Below, in pieces: positions 12,744 to 28,756 of a stretch of 64,000 nt of DNA (position 1 is its first letter; the number at the start of each line of letters is the position of its first letter). Source of the stretch: Octopus vulgaris (taxonomy: Eukaryota); contig OX597833.1 of NCBI GenBank assembly GCA_951406725.2, forward strand, positions 43,090,001 through 43,154,000, read 5' to 3'. A program made the translations under genes and the position numbers. Under the pieces are notes generated by a model, which was given only the letters and a program-made list of their open reading frames with translations, made no database searches and was not told the origin of the DNA.

Positions 12744-13974
12744 CGACAGGGTACCTCAAAGAAACAGGAATTTTGCAATATTATTTTATTCACGATTTAT
12801 AGTTTTATGCTTTTGTCGCCTTCAAAGTATTTTCCACTTTTCGAAGATATCCTGGAACTCTTGCGAAGTGGTGCCTTTTAACGCCGCTGTCGTTTTTTTC
12901 TTCGCCTCATTCACATCCGCAAAACGTTTTCCTTTACGGACTTTTTTCATTCGAGGGAACAAAAAAGTCGCAGGGAGAAAGATCGGATGAATAGGGAGGG
13001 AGGGTAAGCTGGTACGTTCTCGTGATGAATCCACCACTCTCAACAAGTCAGGGCTTTTTTTTTCTCACTGCGTCTCGCAAATGTTTCAGAACTGCCAAGT
13101 AAAATATCTGGTTATCAGTTTGACCTGGAGGAACAAATTCTGTGAGGACAATTCTTTTCACATCGATGAAACAAAATCAGCATCACTTTGACGTTGGATT
13201 TCACTTGACGCGCTTTTTTGGAACGTAGTGACATCGAATGCTTCCATTGAGTTGACTGCTACTTCATTTCCGGGTCGTAACCGTTACACCAGCTTTTGTC
13301 GCCAGTGATGACCTTCGAAAAAAGGTCCGGATCAACTTCCAACTGTTCTTTCAGATCACAACACACATTTAGTCGTGACTGCTTTTGACCTTCCGTGAGT
13401 AAGTGAAGCACAAATTTTGCTGCAACTCTTCATTCACAATTCCAAGCTCAAAATTCATTGGCAAGAGTTCCGGGGCACACCAATCATATCAACAAGTTCG
13501 TCAATTGTTTGGCGACGGTCCTCCAAGATCAGTTAATGAATTTTCGTTATATTTGCATTCGTTCGGGAGATCAACGATCGCCCTGAATGAGGTTAGTCTT
13601 CTAGCGACAAGTGACCATTCTTAAACCGTGAAAACCACTCGTAAACTTGTGTTTCGGTCATGGCAGCGCTCTTGAAAGCTGTTTGAAGCATGGCAACTGT
13701 CGCGGCCGCCGTTTTCCCCGGAAGAAAACAGAGTTTCACGAAAGCACGCCGTTCCATCGTTTCAGCCATTGCAAATATCGACGAACAGGAGTGAAGCACT
13801 GCAAAACAAAGATGCACCACATGGCACGTGGCAGTACGACTTCAGAGGGACAACACCGGTCGACAGGCTGATGCCTGAGGGTTGCATCAAGTGGCTTGTA
13901 GCGGCGGAAGCCTGAACTACAACGGGCTTGTTCCACAAAGAAGGTTCCTGGTTACTTTTGGGTACCCCTCCCCG
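12744..13974 (-). mobile_element. Full-span decayed mariner transposon (~1.23 kb)
   Basis: TA-flanked imperfect TIRs (CGACAGGGTACCTCAAAGAAACAGGAA versus reverse complement CGGGAGGGGTACCCAAAAGTAACCAGGAA). N-terminal HTH (ERRAFVKLCF...VYEWFSRFKNG) and C-terminal FLFPRMKKVRKGKRF. Confidence 0.9.
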
Positions 13975-14436
13975 TATCTTATATACTCTCTTTTTCCTAC
14001 ATATACAAACATCCAAGACTGCACCTCTTTAATGAAAATTAGGCCAAACCGACCGATTGGTAAATTGTTACTCATAAACACATACAACATCGATATAGTT
14101 CACTAAATAATATGCTTCACTTTCATCTATCTCACTATATTAATTCTCCTCAACACTATCGAGTTTCATTATACTTCAATTCAAGGTCCGGGTGAGGACC
14201 TACATTTCTCACTTCTCACTCTTCTACTTCAGCTCCCTACATTTTTTACTGAGCAGTCTTTCTTCTCGACGATGGACATATCAGGAGTTCGGTCCCTGTT
14301 CTCATTGTTGATTAGCCTCAGGTCAGTTGTCCCTGTGCAAACCTATGAAGAAAGACATTTCATCCTAACCACTCCATCTTTTCGTATATCAGTGGCTACT
14401 TTGTCTAAAATATTCTTCATTGATTAAAACGCGACA

Positions 14437-14635
14437 GGTAGCAAGCTGGCGGAAGCATTAGTACGCTGTATGAAATGTTTAACGGCATTTCGTCCGGCTT
14501 TATGTTCCGAGGTCGATTTTGCCTTTCATCCTTTTCGATGAAATAAGTACCAGTCAAGTATTTGGGTCTATGTAATCGACTAGCTCCTTCCCCAGCAAAA
14601 CAGCTGGCCTTGTGCTAAAATATGAAACCATTATT
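14437..14635 (+). mobile_element. SINE family A variant
   Basis: GAGGTCGATTTTGCCTTTCATCC core with a GGCCTTGTGC tail. Confidence 0.7.
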
Positions 14636-15654
14636 TAGAACGGGAGAGTGAGATTTGGGTGCTATTTGTAGCAAGCGTGATAACGACGTAAAGGTTTTCT
14701 CGTTAATTCATCCTTACCGACATATTTCCAGATGGTATTATCAACTTATATCAATTTTCTAAACAATAAAAAGTAAAAACAAAAAGGACGAGGTAAGAAA
14801 AAAGAAGCAGATTATTAAGGTAAATTTCTTCCAGTTATTAGGCTTGTCTCTCTCTACGCTTTTTTCCGAGTTCAGTTCTTTCCTGCGACTAAGGCCCAAA
14901 ATTTTGTGGGAGGGAGCCTGTCGATTAGATCGACTCCAGTACTGTGCCTACAGTAGAAAAGAATAGACTTTATCGAGCAGAGGAGTTGAGGTTAGTACTA
15001 CAATATAGCAAACCTCTTGTCAACATAGCATACTGAAGGCTGGAATCGAATTCATCACTACAACATAACGAACCATTTATCAATATACTCAGCGTTAAGG
15101 TGGAATGGAAGCTAACACAGCAACATAACCGACCCTTATTAATATACTCTGCTCACAAGTACTGTATGTGTAGCTTTCGCAAATTTTGATACTTTTTCTG
15201 ATGTTTCAAGAAAAGCCCCGGAGGTGGCAGAATCGTATGTACCTACACCTTGACAATGCGATCTTCATGTTGTACATTAAAGAAATGGTCGAATGCATTT
15301 TTAACCGTTGGCACTTTGATTGCAAACGTTTCCTAATCACCTTTGTAACTCGTTCACTACTTCCAGTCCATTTTTATCAATTACCAGATAAGATAATGAT
15401 TTGTAGTTCAAGAACTTACATGTTGTACCATTTCACTTTTCTAGGCATGGTAGTATATAATATTTCACATTTACTTAGAGATTCTCTCATCACTATTTCA
15501 ATAACTGCAGTAATGTCTATATCTGACTGAAGAGTTCTATTAAGACTGGAAAATGTTCGAAGATGCCTCGTATTAGACTTAAACTTATTTGGGTCTATCA
15601 CTAAACAAGGCCGGAGCCTGACAGGCTTTCGGTGGGTTGAAAATGACCAAGATT

Positions 15655-15845
15655 ACAGCACTCCACCGTGTACGGGACGCCAATCCCTCGAAGGTTTAAC
15701 TGTCTTGCTTTTGCTAGAATTCATTTGCAGCTGAATGAGTAATGCGAAATGAAGGGATTTTCTCAAGAACAGAATGCACCGCCAAGCCCGGGAATCGAAA
15801 CCACGAAAGTGAGTGCAATACCCTGACCACGAGGCCAAATGCTTT
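15655..15845 (-). mobile_element. Degenerate family C SINE
   Basis: GGAATCGAAACCACG B-box (reverse complement) and similarity to 309-535. Confidence 0.6.
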
Positions 15846-16277
15846 CACAGCAGAATAACTGAAATAATATTAGTCATTGACTGATATTGTCTTTTCCTCA
15901 CTGCCTAATTGCTACTAATTAGCGTTTTATTGCTCAATATTTTTACAATGACTCAACTAATTAAGAATATAACTATGTACTATATCCGCAACAAAATCCC
16001 GTTTCTACATTTTTTTAAAGATTTATCCAGGTACGACATTCAGTGTGTTATCCGCTAAATCATTTCACTTCATGTTAAATCTCCAGATTTTCTAGATTTT
16101 CCTTGATAAGATAATTAGTGTGGAGCCCAATATCTTCCCTAACTGCATTTCTAGTTCCTTCGATAAGATTATTTTCAGTATTTCTAACAAAATAATTGAA
16201 TATATAACACAAAACGTTATCTGTTAAATTATTACGCTTCTTAATTACTGTATAAATGCTTTTATATTTGTCTAAAT

Positions 16278-16476
16278 TAGTGATGGCGAATCATCAATGT
16301 TAGTCGAGAGTGATATAGATGTACACATGTATTTTAGTATCAGCTTAATGCTTAAAGATAAGCTTTCTGTAGCATAATATCGCCAGAAGATTTTTTTTTA
16401 TCAAAGTTCGTCACGAATCACTTAAAGCACGCGGCGTGTCTTTGCAGGCACGCGTGTCATAGATTCGCCATAACTT
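16278..16476. mobile_element. Short non-autonomous hAT-Charlie-like element
   Basis: Ends TAGTGATGGCGAATC / GATTCGCCATAACTT. The 8-bp flanks GTCTAAAT / ATCTAGAT fit the Charlie nTCTAGAn target. Confidence 0.65.
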
Positions 16477-17693
16477 ATCTAGATGGAGACAGTATGTAGC
16501 TCAAGCATTAACCACTCATACATGCTGTTTGTAGCTAGAGCTCCTACCCCAAATGACTCAACAATACAAAGGTAAGACAATAAATATGTTGTATGGAATC
16601 TGTTGTTTATTTATAGTTAATGAGTTTCCTCTTTCCTCTTCAAACGTGTTTTTATAATTTCTTTTCTACTTTCAGTGATTAGACATAGTTAATTAATTAA
16701 ATTAATTAAATTAATCAATTAATATATTTTGAAATGAGAATTGCAGCTGACTGAGTCTTTAAGGATCCAACGCAAATTAAATTCAAACAGAACAACAACT
16801 GTGGCATTCATGCCATTCCAATAAAGTATGGAATAAATGTCATCTAGGAAAAGATGAATTGGTTTCAGCTACTTCAATTATGTTAAATAAGGAACAAACG
16901 AGGTCACGTGTATATTTAGCGTTTGTGTGTTTATGCACGTACGTTCGTGTATCTGTACGCCTGTGTATATATATGTATATTTATATATATATACACACAC
17001 ACATATATATATACATATATATGCATAGATACATATATATACACACACACACACACACAATCACACACATATATATATATACATATATATGCATACATAT
17101 ATATAAAGTACACACTTATGTATGTAGATATGTCTATATATGCATACGTATGCCTGTATATATATATATATATGTATGTATGTATATATATGTACAAGTA
17201 TGTATACAAGTAACAGACTTAGTATATTTATGTGCATACATACATATGTGTGTGTGTGTGTGTGTGTGTGTTATATGTATTGGAAAGTGAGTCATTGAAC
17301 ATTCTAATACTCTGAATAAGATCCTTTTCACCAATTACTCCACACTTGCATTAAGTTTTCTCTTCCTCTCAGCTAACCTTACTGACTACATAATACATAC
17401 AGCATACGTATAAGCGCATATGCTTATATACACACATTCCAGCACAGGAGCACGTATATTACAAGCATATATGCACACGTAGGCAAGTACATACACACAC
17501 ACACACACGTAGGTACGTACACGCACACATACACATACACTCGCACATAAAATATACATATATAATATATACGGTATATAACTACATATATATGTATACA
17601 TACATACATACATACATATATATACACATATATGTATACATGTATGTATATGTGTGTATATGTGTGTATGCAGACACACACATATATACACAC

Positions 17694-17741
<48 letters not shown>

Positions 17742-17889
17742 ATATATGTATGTATGTGCGTGTGTGTATGCACACACACGTTGCCGGTTAATATTTGAGG
17801 CAAAGGGTAGAAATAGGATTAAAGGGTAAAAATATTCTATGAACAAAATCTTCCCGATGAGTATTATACTTGTGTATACACATACATAC

Positions 17890-17948
<59 letters not shown>

Positions 17949-18006
17949 CACACACTTAATGATGCTGATGTGTACGTATATGGATGTATACATACTTATC
18001 CATATG

Positions 18007-18046
<40 letters not shown>

Positions 18047-18075
18047 TTGTTTGTGTGTGTGTGTAATTGTGTGTA

Positions 18076-18114
<39 letters not shown>

Positions 18115-18840
18115 GTATATATACACATCCCTGCCTATATTTGTGCACTATGTATACAAACACAGCCGCAAGCAGGAAAGTACGTATGCGCCTGCGCGAA
18201 AACAGATACACATCCCCATTTACAAAGCTGCGAAAAGAACATATAACATATACATAATGTACTCGGCAGCAAGATGGCTACTGTAAAGTGCGAAGGCGTT
18301 TCCTTTTGATAATGGCGACCATTGTGACAAAGTAGGTCAGCGTTTAGCGAGCCGAAAAGGTTAATTGTAAGCTAATCACTGTAATATTTGAGCCGTTATA
18401 GCTTTGAAAATGTTTTCCTTTCAAGACGTCAGTTATCTTAATACTAATGTTTGTTGGATGGAAGTGGAAATTGTTATTAAAAACATTCGAAAAATTGCTT
18501 GTTTACCATCAAAGAATAACATTAACGTAAATATCTACATACATTCAGTCAGACATATACAAACATGCATTCTTGCATACATACAAACATACATACAAGC
18601 CTGAATATATATGTGTGTGTGTATACACATGTATACAAACACTCTCACATACATCACATGCACACACATATATGTATGTGTGTATGTATATATAAATACA
18701 CTTTGATTCATGTATTAATTCGTGTATTACTGAGTTATCTACCCGTCTGCAAACCCAATGTTACATGTATAATTTGTACAAACAAACGCACACACAAGCA
18801 TTTATATGTGTGTATATAATATACATATAACTGTATACGA

Positions 18841-18881
<41 letters not shown>

Positions 18882-19246
18882 CTTATATATGTATGTTTAT
18901 AGACACAGCTATATATATATATATGTTCATGTATATGTATATATGCATATATGCATACATATACATATATGTATACATCAATACATATATACATACATGC
19001 ACTTTATAGACACGTATATATTACTACTATTTTCTGTATTCGTGTTTTCCGATATTTTTGCGAAAATAGTTGTGACGATAAAATTTTCCGCGTAATGTGC
19101 TGTGGAACAGAAGTAATATTTCTAAAATGACTTACATTTCTGGGCTATAAAACCCTGAAAATGGATGACTTTTTTTTTTCATTATGATATCAACATAAAA
19201 AAACCAGAGCCATACGAAGACACATACTCTCTGTCTCTTTCTATCT

Positions 19247-19301
<55 letters not shown>

Positions 19302-19805
19302 CCTTTGTCTTTCTCTCACATACACATGCACATTCACACAGAATTTTGCGACAAAGACAAGGCATAATCATCAACTGCGTGTACATCTTATGGTGAACAC
19401 GCAGGCAAAATAAAACAAGATATATGTATATGCACAGACATACGCATAAGATACAAAAACATTTTCACAAAACAAATTACATTTGGTGAATGAACACTAT
19501 TTCAGCGCTGATTGAAATGAAAATAATTATAAAAACAAATGATAAAAGCTTATCGTTTCGATTTTAGAGATAGGATAAGAGCGACGATAAAAAACTCTGT
19601 CTAAACGTCATCATATATATGTATATATTAGGGGGCATATTTATGTGTGCGCGTATGTGAATACAAGTAAACTTTTGAATAAAATGAAGGTTGTGTCTCT
19701 AAGTACGTGTTGATGATTTATGTATCTTTACGACTAGAAATAGTTAATATCTACCCGCAGTATGAGAGCTAAAGTCGTTGCTTGATATACAAGATATAGA
19801 AGTAC

Positions 19806-20028
19806 GGCGGCGACCTGGTAGAAACGTTAGCGCGCCGAGCGAAACGCTTAGCGGTATTTCGTCTGCTGCTACGTTCTGAATTCAAATTCCACTGAGGTCA
19901 ATTTTGCCTTTCATCCTTTCGGGGTCGATTAAATAAGTACCAGTTACGCACTGGGGTCAATATAATCCGTTTGTCTGTTCTTGTTTGTCCTCTCTGTGTT
20001 TAGCCCCTTGTGGGTAGTAAAGAAATAG
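19806..20028 (+). mobile_element. Family A SINE, full length
   Basis: GGCGGCGA head, CCTTTCGGGGTCGAT..AAGTACCAGT core and AGCCCCTTGTGGGTAGTAAAGAAA tail. Confidence 0.9.
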
Positions 20029-20179
20029 ACATACAAGATATAGAAGTGAATCATCTCGTAAAAGAATCCGCGATTTCAAGCTGAATAACTTTTGAGAATT
20101 TTGATTTGAATATAATTTATAAAAATGAAGTTGATTCCAGATAATATTTCTTTGTTTTAATTTATTACTTCAGTGAAAT

Positions 20180-20888
<709 letters not shown>

Positions 20889-21100
20889 AGTCTGTCTGTC
20901 TGTCTGTCTGTCTCTATGTATGTATGTCTGTCTGTCTCTATGTATGTATGTATGTATGTATGTAGGTATGTATGTATGTATGTCTGCTTGTCTGTCTGTC
21001 TGTCTTCCGCATTTTGTCTTTTACCGCACACTGTTTTTCCTCCTTCACCCGGATCGCACATACACACACACACACATACACACACACGCACGCACGCACA

Positions 21101-21163
<63 letters not shown>

Positions 21164-21589
21164 TGATTTGCGTCTCTTGAATTTCATCATGATTGTGTAT
21201 GGCACCCGAAATAAATACATCATTTCGGTTTTGCATTTGCATTTATATGTGTCATTATTTATGCATGCGTCTTTATTATTAATGACTTCATTAATTATTC
21301 ATTTTCATGTGATATAATGAAAAATATGAGAGAAAGAAGCTCATATATATTTCTATCAGGGCAACTCTCACCCTGCCGCTAAAATACGCTACTAAGTAAT
21401 AAAAGCTACGAAGTAACAACATGTGCGTGCAATACATGAATAAAATACTGTCATAGGGAGAGTGTAACTTCATCATTCTTGAAACAAGCTTCACGGATAG
21501 CGGGAGACCTATGCGCAGAAATTGTGACATGTAGTTCTAGAAACCTTCCGGGTCGTCGTAAACGTCTTCAGTTGGATCTTATTTTTCTG

Positions 21590-21849
21590 TACTTCTTTAC
21601 TCTTTTACTTGTTTCAGTCATTTGACTGTGGCTGACCATCCTGGGGGGCACCGCCTTTAGTCGAGCATATCGACCCCCAGGACTTATTCGTTGTAAGCCT
21701 AGTACTTATTCTATCGGTCTCTTTTGCCGAACCGCTAAGTTACGGGGACGTAAACACACCAGCATCGGTTGTCAATCGATGTTGGAGGGACAATCACAGA
21801 CACACAAAAATATACACATACATACACAAACACACACACACACACACAC

Positions 21850-21910
<61 letters not shown>

Positions 21911-22070
21911 CGACGGGATTCTTTCAGTTTCTGTCTACCAAATCCATTCACAAGGTTTGGTCGGCCCGATGTTATAGTAGAAGACACTTGCCTAATGTGC
22001 CACGTAGTGGGACTGAACCCGGAACCATGTGGTTGCTAAGCAAGCTACTTACCACACAACCACTCTGACG
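21590..22070 (-). mobile_element. Family B SINE
   Basis: Same blocks as 9878-10292. Confidence 0.9.
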
Positions 22071-22149
22071 CCTCTATGTTTTTTTCATGTACGTTTACTA
22101 TATTGCAAAAAACCGTTCCCAATGCCAAGCATTTTGACCATTCTATATA

Positions 22150-23261
22150 CGAGGGTGGTCTGAAAAGTGCATAGCCTGACTATGAAGGAGTTATGCTAGA
22201 GCTGGGAAATTTTGCATGCATTAATATCAACCTTTCTTATTAATAACTGCGTTGTTTTTTCCAGGTAAACTGACCTTTGATTGTTTGAAAGCTTCCAAAA
22301 TAACTAATAGTAGCTTCCTTGAAAGTGGAAATAATTTGGCATCGTCATGTTATCATGACGAAAAAGGTTTTATCCCCTAACGATATTCATGCTGACATGT
22401 TTGCATTAGGGATGACGCTTCAGTTTTATGAAAAGTACAAAAGGGGGCAGCTGAATTTAGAAGGGGCCGGGGAGTCAGGAAGATTATCCAAGATCTGGAT
22501 ATCCTGCAACTGCCACCACTAAGGAAAACATCGATCGTGTTCTCTCTGTCTGTTTGTCTGTATATATGTCTGTCTGTTTGTCTGTCTATCACAGTGATTG
22601 ATGACAAGCGATTGGCTATAAATCAAATGGTCAAATGCTAATAACATTGAGAATGAGAGAGAAAGAGAGGTCTTTTGACGCCTGATCAAATGCGCACAGT
22701 GCTGGTCACATCTCCTGCCATTGTTTCTAGTAGATCCAGCTGGTTTTCTTGAACATTTCTTTATTCATGATGTGTTGGTTCCATGACTTTGAGCCAGAGA
22801 CAAAGAGACAATCTGCGCAGTGGAAACACCCCGTCCTCACCTGCTCCAAAGAAGGAAAAAGTCGTTTCATCAGCAGGATTAGTTTCTTGGATAAAATGGT
22901 ATTGTGTTTATTAACTATCTTCAAAAAGCCGCACCATTAATGGAGAGTACTATTCCAACTTACTGCGGCAGTCAGTCAAGCTCAAACACTCAGGAAAACT
23001 GATGGAGAGGTCTTTTTCCCCAGGATAAGGCTCCAGCTCACAAGCCCTAGCTTTCAATGGCTGCTGTGCGTGACTGTGAATGGTTGATCGCACTCCCTAT
23101 TCTCCAGATTTGGTTTGACTAATAGGATAAAAGCTTCTTCATCAATCGGATTAAAAGACAGCAACACCAATGGAAGAATCGTGTGGACCGTAGGAGGTAC
23201 TATGTTCAAAAATAAAACCTCATTTGGTCACATTCCATGAGAGTATCTCAGCGGTCCCTCG
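22150..23261 (+). mobile_element. Decayed mariner transposon
   Basis: TA-CGAGGG...CCCTCG-TA ends; WFHDFEPETKRQSAQWKHP, QDKAPAH and PYSPDL motifs. Confidence 0.85.
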
Positions 23262-23445
23262 TATATGTTACGTCTTGATATTGTATCTTCTAATACATAT
23301 ACGCCACAGAATCCAGGCAACCGGACTTATGAGCCTATGGCTCGGAGAGAACCTTTGATCCTTTTTTTTTAATTCATATATGTAAATATGTGCACACACA
23401 AACACACACACATATATGATGATGATGGCGATGATGATGATGATG

Positions 23446-23495
<50 letters not shown>

Positions 23496-23499
23496 GATG

Positions 23500-23561
<62 letters not shown>

Positions 23562-23570
23562 GATAACGAT

Positions 23571-23611
<41 letters not shown>

Positions 23612-23612
<1 letters not shown>

Positions 23613-23740
23613 AAAGCTTCTATATCGGGGACAGTAAGGATTTTGAGATTGGAACTTAGGGTTAGAACATGCCCAGAAAAATGCTCTATTGAGGACAGCG
23701 GGAATTATGAGAATGGTGCTTGGATGTTAAGTGTCTTCCA
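23612..23740 (+). mobile_element. R4/Dong-like LINE extreme 3' fragment next to an (AAT)/(AAC) array
   Basis: One frame reads ...VEHAQKNALLRTAGIMRMVL, like the QKxxLLGTAxIxRxVL terminus of RLE LINEs. Confidence 0.5.
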
Positions 23741-24196
23741 CGATACTTGATATCTAACAACCGAGTCTTATGATTCGTAGAAAGAGAACCTGTGAGACAT
23801 TTGACAACAAGCTGATGTCCGCTCCCACAGGATTAACCGGGGCAAGTAAGGTCGAGAGCTCTGAGAAGTAAGATCTAACAGGAATATTACTAGAGGTTTC
23901 ACATTTTCGCAGACGACTCGCAGTTTTGGGGCGGAGGCATAAGTGGATTAGAACGAGGCCAATACTCAATTTGTACTTATTTTATCGATCACAAAAAGAC
24001 GAAAGGCAAAGTTGACCTCGGCCGAATTTGAACTCAGAACATGAAGACGGACAGGAAGATTTGATTGTAATTTCTAGTATATGTAGCCATACCGAATAGG
24101 TTCCCCTTGGCCGTTCATATATAGTGACATAGTATGTGTTTGGATGAATTGATTGATAGATAGGTTGATAGACAGACAGACAGACAGACAGACAGG

Positions 24197-24953
<757 letters not shown>

Positions 24954-25000
24954 TAAAAAATTTTAACAAAAAAATAGATAAACAGCCAACCAGCCAGCCG

Positions 25001-25156
<156 letters not shown>

Positions 25157-25368
25157 GAAAGACAAGCCTATATATGGACGAACAGCAGAAAAAAGAAACT
25201 TACACGAATACAAAGAGAAAAAGAACTGTAAAGTAACAGTATTGTCAGTGGGGAAAGAACCGAGAAAAAAGAGAGAGCGAGAGAGAGAAGGGGGAGAGAA
25301 AGAGACAGAGACAGACATACATAGATAGATAGAGAGAGACACAGACAGACAGACAGACAGACAGAGAC

Positions 25369-25400
<32 letters not shown>

Positions 25401-25486
25401 GAGGGGGAAGGTAGAGCAAAAGGAACCCAGAGGCTGAAAGAGAGATAGTTAGATAGATAGACAGACAGACAGACAAACAGAAAGAC

Positions 25487-25553
<67 letters not shown>

Positions 25554-25586
25554 GCATACATACACACTACATACAGAGAGCGAGCA

Positions 25587-25627
<41 letters not shown>

Positions 25628-25642
25628 TAGAGAAAGAGAAAG

Positions 25643-25673
<31 letters not shown>

Positions 25674-26339
25674 GAAACAAGAACAAGTGACAAAGGTTAT
25701 GAGAGAAGGTTAGTACAATAGGTGTGTGTGGATAGGAGGGGTGGAACTAAATCAACCGTTATTGTCATTTAGCACCATTTTGAGCCAATTATAATGGCAA
25801 ATATCGCCATATTTTCTATAACATAAAGCCAAGGCAGAAATGTCATTCCGAAAGGAATATTGGAAATATGCGGTAATTTGATTTGGGTGGGTAGATGAGG
25901 GGTATTTGGGTTTATTTTTATTTGATTATTTTATGGGTATTTTTCTAATTTTTGCTTTCTGCATTTTTGAGGGTGGGATGGAGGTCGACTATATAGCAGA
26001 AATAATTTGAAAAGCGAGTGGATTGTAATTAAGTTAGGTGGTGAGATCCTTATTTTCTTGCTTCAGTTTTAACTGTGTAATCATGTTAGTTTTCTTCGGC
26101 TGTGGTCACTTTTTGCGTTTATTTGGGGTCTATAGAGGGTAGTAATGTGGTGATGAAAAAGTCGTAATGACAGATGTTTATAGTATATCAAATTGGGGAT
26201 GGGGGACATCGTTTTTTTTTTTCTTTTGTTCTTTTGGCTCAAATCGCAAGGAACATTCTTGGTACGCATTTGTCCTTAACTTCAGTTTCTGTAGAAAAAT
26301 AAATACAGACAAAAATAAAAACTAAACATAATCGGGACT

Positions 26340-26600
26340 ACAAATTGCCATGCTGAGACGACGATATATAAATACCCTGCATGGTTAATACTTGGAAGAA
26401 TAAATAAATAACTGTACAAGAAGTAGAAGACACAGAAAACTTTCGGCACTGGCTCAAAAGCGTAGAGCTCAAAGCTGATACCAAAGAATAAAGCCTTCCT
26501 AACACAGAAACTTCTAAAATGCCAGAGAAACAGAATGCTTTAGAATATGTCCAGCTTGAGAAGGAACACTTAACCATGCTGTGTGTGACTGCCGACTTAA
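26340..26600 (+). mobile_element. Decayed R4/CRE-like LINE fragment (post-RT region)
   Basis: LHG*Y ... HWLKSVELKADTK resembles the HGQY...WL...LKxETE segment. Confidence 0.45.
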
Positions 26601-26838
26601 TCAAGAAACAATACATATACATTCATGATAGATTTGGCACTTTCAAACTTTCCAGTCTTAATTTTATCGGTGCATAAGAACTGAAGTGACACTACCGGAG
26701 TCGGTTCCTCAGCCTTGTAGAGATCGTCTCCTGGTACTAAGAATGGAGTGAAAGTTTTTTGGCCGTTCCTGGAGCTACGACCCATGGTACTTTGAATACA
26801 ACAGGCTCTTAGCTTGCTGTTTCTTTCTCTGCTTTCTA

Positions 26839-27391
26839 TTGGGTTGTCCGGAAAGTTCGTGCCGATTTATAGTGGCTTACCTTTCGACTTATTTTAGAAC
26901 ATGGTTGAGTCCATAAAATAGGATTTGACTACACCTCCATTTAGAGCACAGTTTAAGCTTTCTTTTCGTGGAAGAAGGTTTATGTTCCTATAACCTGTGT
27001 TAATTCTGTAACCCTTTAAAATAAAAGATAAGAAAGTTCATTTTCAGCACTTCATGCTTTGGGAACCAGACAAAAATTGCTGCAGCTCGGCTGGGATGTG
27101 TTACTCCACCCTCCATATTCACCAGATATTGCTTCTTCGGATTTCCACTTATTCAGGTCTTAATGGTAAAAATTTCAATTCCTTGGATGACGTAAAAAGA
27201 TACCTTGATAAATTCTTTGCCCTGAAACCACCTCCGTTCTGGGAATAGGGCATTTTCAAGTTAAAGGAAAGATGGAGACGCATTGTGCAACAAAATGGTT
27301 CATATTTGGTTGATATAAAGATGTAATGGCAAGTATTTATTGACCTTTTTCTTTCCTTTAAAACTCGGCACGAACTTTCTGGACAACCCAA
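26839..27391 (+). mobile_element. Internally deleted mariner (553 bp, both TIRs)
   Basis: TA-TTGGGTTGTCCGGAAAGTTCGTGCCGA ... TCGGCACGAACTTTCTGGACAACCCAA-TA; internal LGWDVLLHPPYSPDIASSDFHLF. Confidence 0.92.
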
Positions 27392-28526
27392 TAGTTTCTC
27401 TGGGAAGAAACCTTTCAAGATACTTTTGCTACTACACGTACTATAGTTTCTACCCTTCACCACATCCTAATTGTGTTCCTTTCTATCACCAAAATAGGAA
27501 CACTCCTGTAGGCTTCGGGTGTCATTGGGTATAGCATGTGAATGCAGAAATTACCCGATTACTTCTTCTATCGTGTTTCCTCCTCGCTCGTCATCTGATT
27601 TACTGTGCCGCAATGTTCTTGGCTGTGACATATATTCCATATATTGATGCTTGCGGGAGCGTGTAGTGCTCCAATTCTGCCTAACAATTTGCTTCGTCTT
27701 TGGGGTTAAAGCCAGATACAGGGCCATAAGCTTTAACCAACTTAACAGAAACGATGTAAATTCGAAAATTATAAGTCCAAAAAAATGATCTATAAAAACA
27801 GAGGAATGATATCGATTTGTAAAGATGTAAATTAGATTTCAAGTTAAATAACTAGAAAAATTGATCGAATAAGTGAGTGATTATTTGATTGACTGGTTAG
27901 CTGTTTCTAATACAGGAAAATAAAATGAAAGCATGAAAATTTACCAACTTTATAGCTTAACAGACTGAGTTGTCAAAAGGAAAGTGTCTGAGATAGCGCA
28001 CAACAAACTAAATGGATACAGTCAAGTGCACTGGACTGCTGAGAGTTAAGCGGCTTTATCCTGGGTTCTTTACAGTAAAATACTCACCGGTTTCTACATG
28101 CATCTGAACATCTTGGGTTGTTGAGAGCTAAGAATTTTGGTTTTAAACACAATGCAGTAAAATACATCACATTGTATTAGCTACATTACTGCTAGGTGGA
28201 CCGAGCTGTTGCAAGATAAAGGTAGTAGTCATAGATAGAGCGGGAACTATACCAACGAATAATATTTACTTAAGGCTATAGAGGTTTCTCCTTTGGTAGT
28301 CAAGTGTCTTGACCTGGGACAGGATATGAAAAGCTACACCATTCTGCAATATATTCTCTTATGTAAAGTTAGAGGTTGAAATTTAAGCAGCTTGGCTGTA
28401 AACAATAGCAGACTGTTTTATTTATAGTTAGATTGATTAGACTGTTGATAGCTATTTGTTTTATAAATGGATACATTCAATCATGATAGATGGATGGATA
28501 GAAAGAGAGTTGGATTGATATATAGG

Positions 28527-28605
<79 letters not shown>

Positions 28606-28621
28606 TGATAGATAGATAGAT

Positions 28622-28756
<135 letters not shown>

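Noticed and set aside
15186-15530. 114-aa ORF or piggyBac-like remnant (RKVKWY on the minus strand); a similar Cys-rich remnant at ~41450-41950
   Set aside because: Too decayed to call, and no TIR or TTAA ends were found.
16859-19095. Many YI/HT/CV-rich ORFs here and throughout the window
   Set aside because: They are translations of TA/CA/TACA microsatellites.
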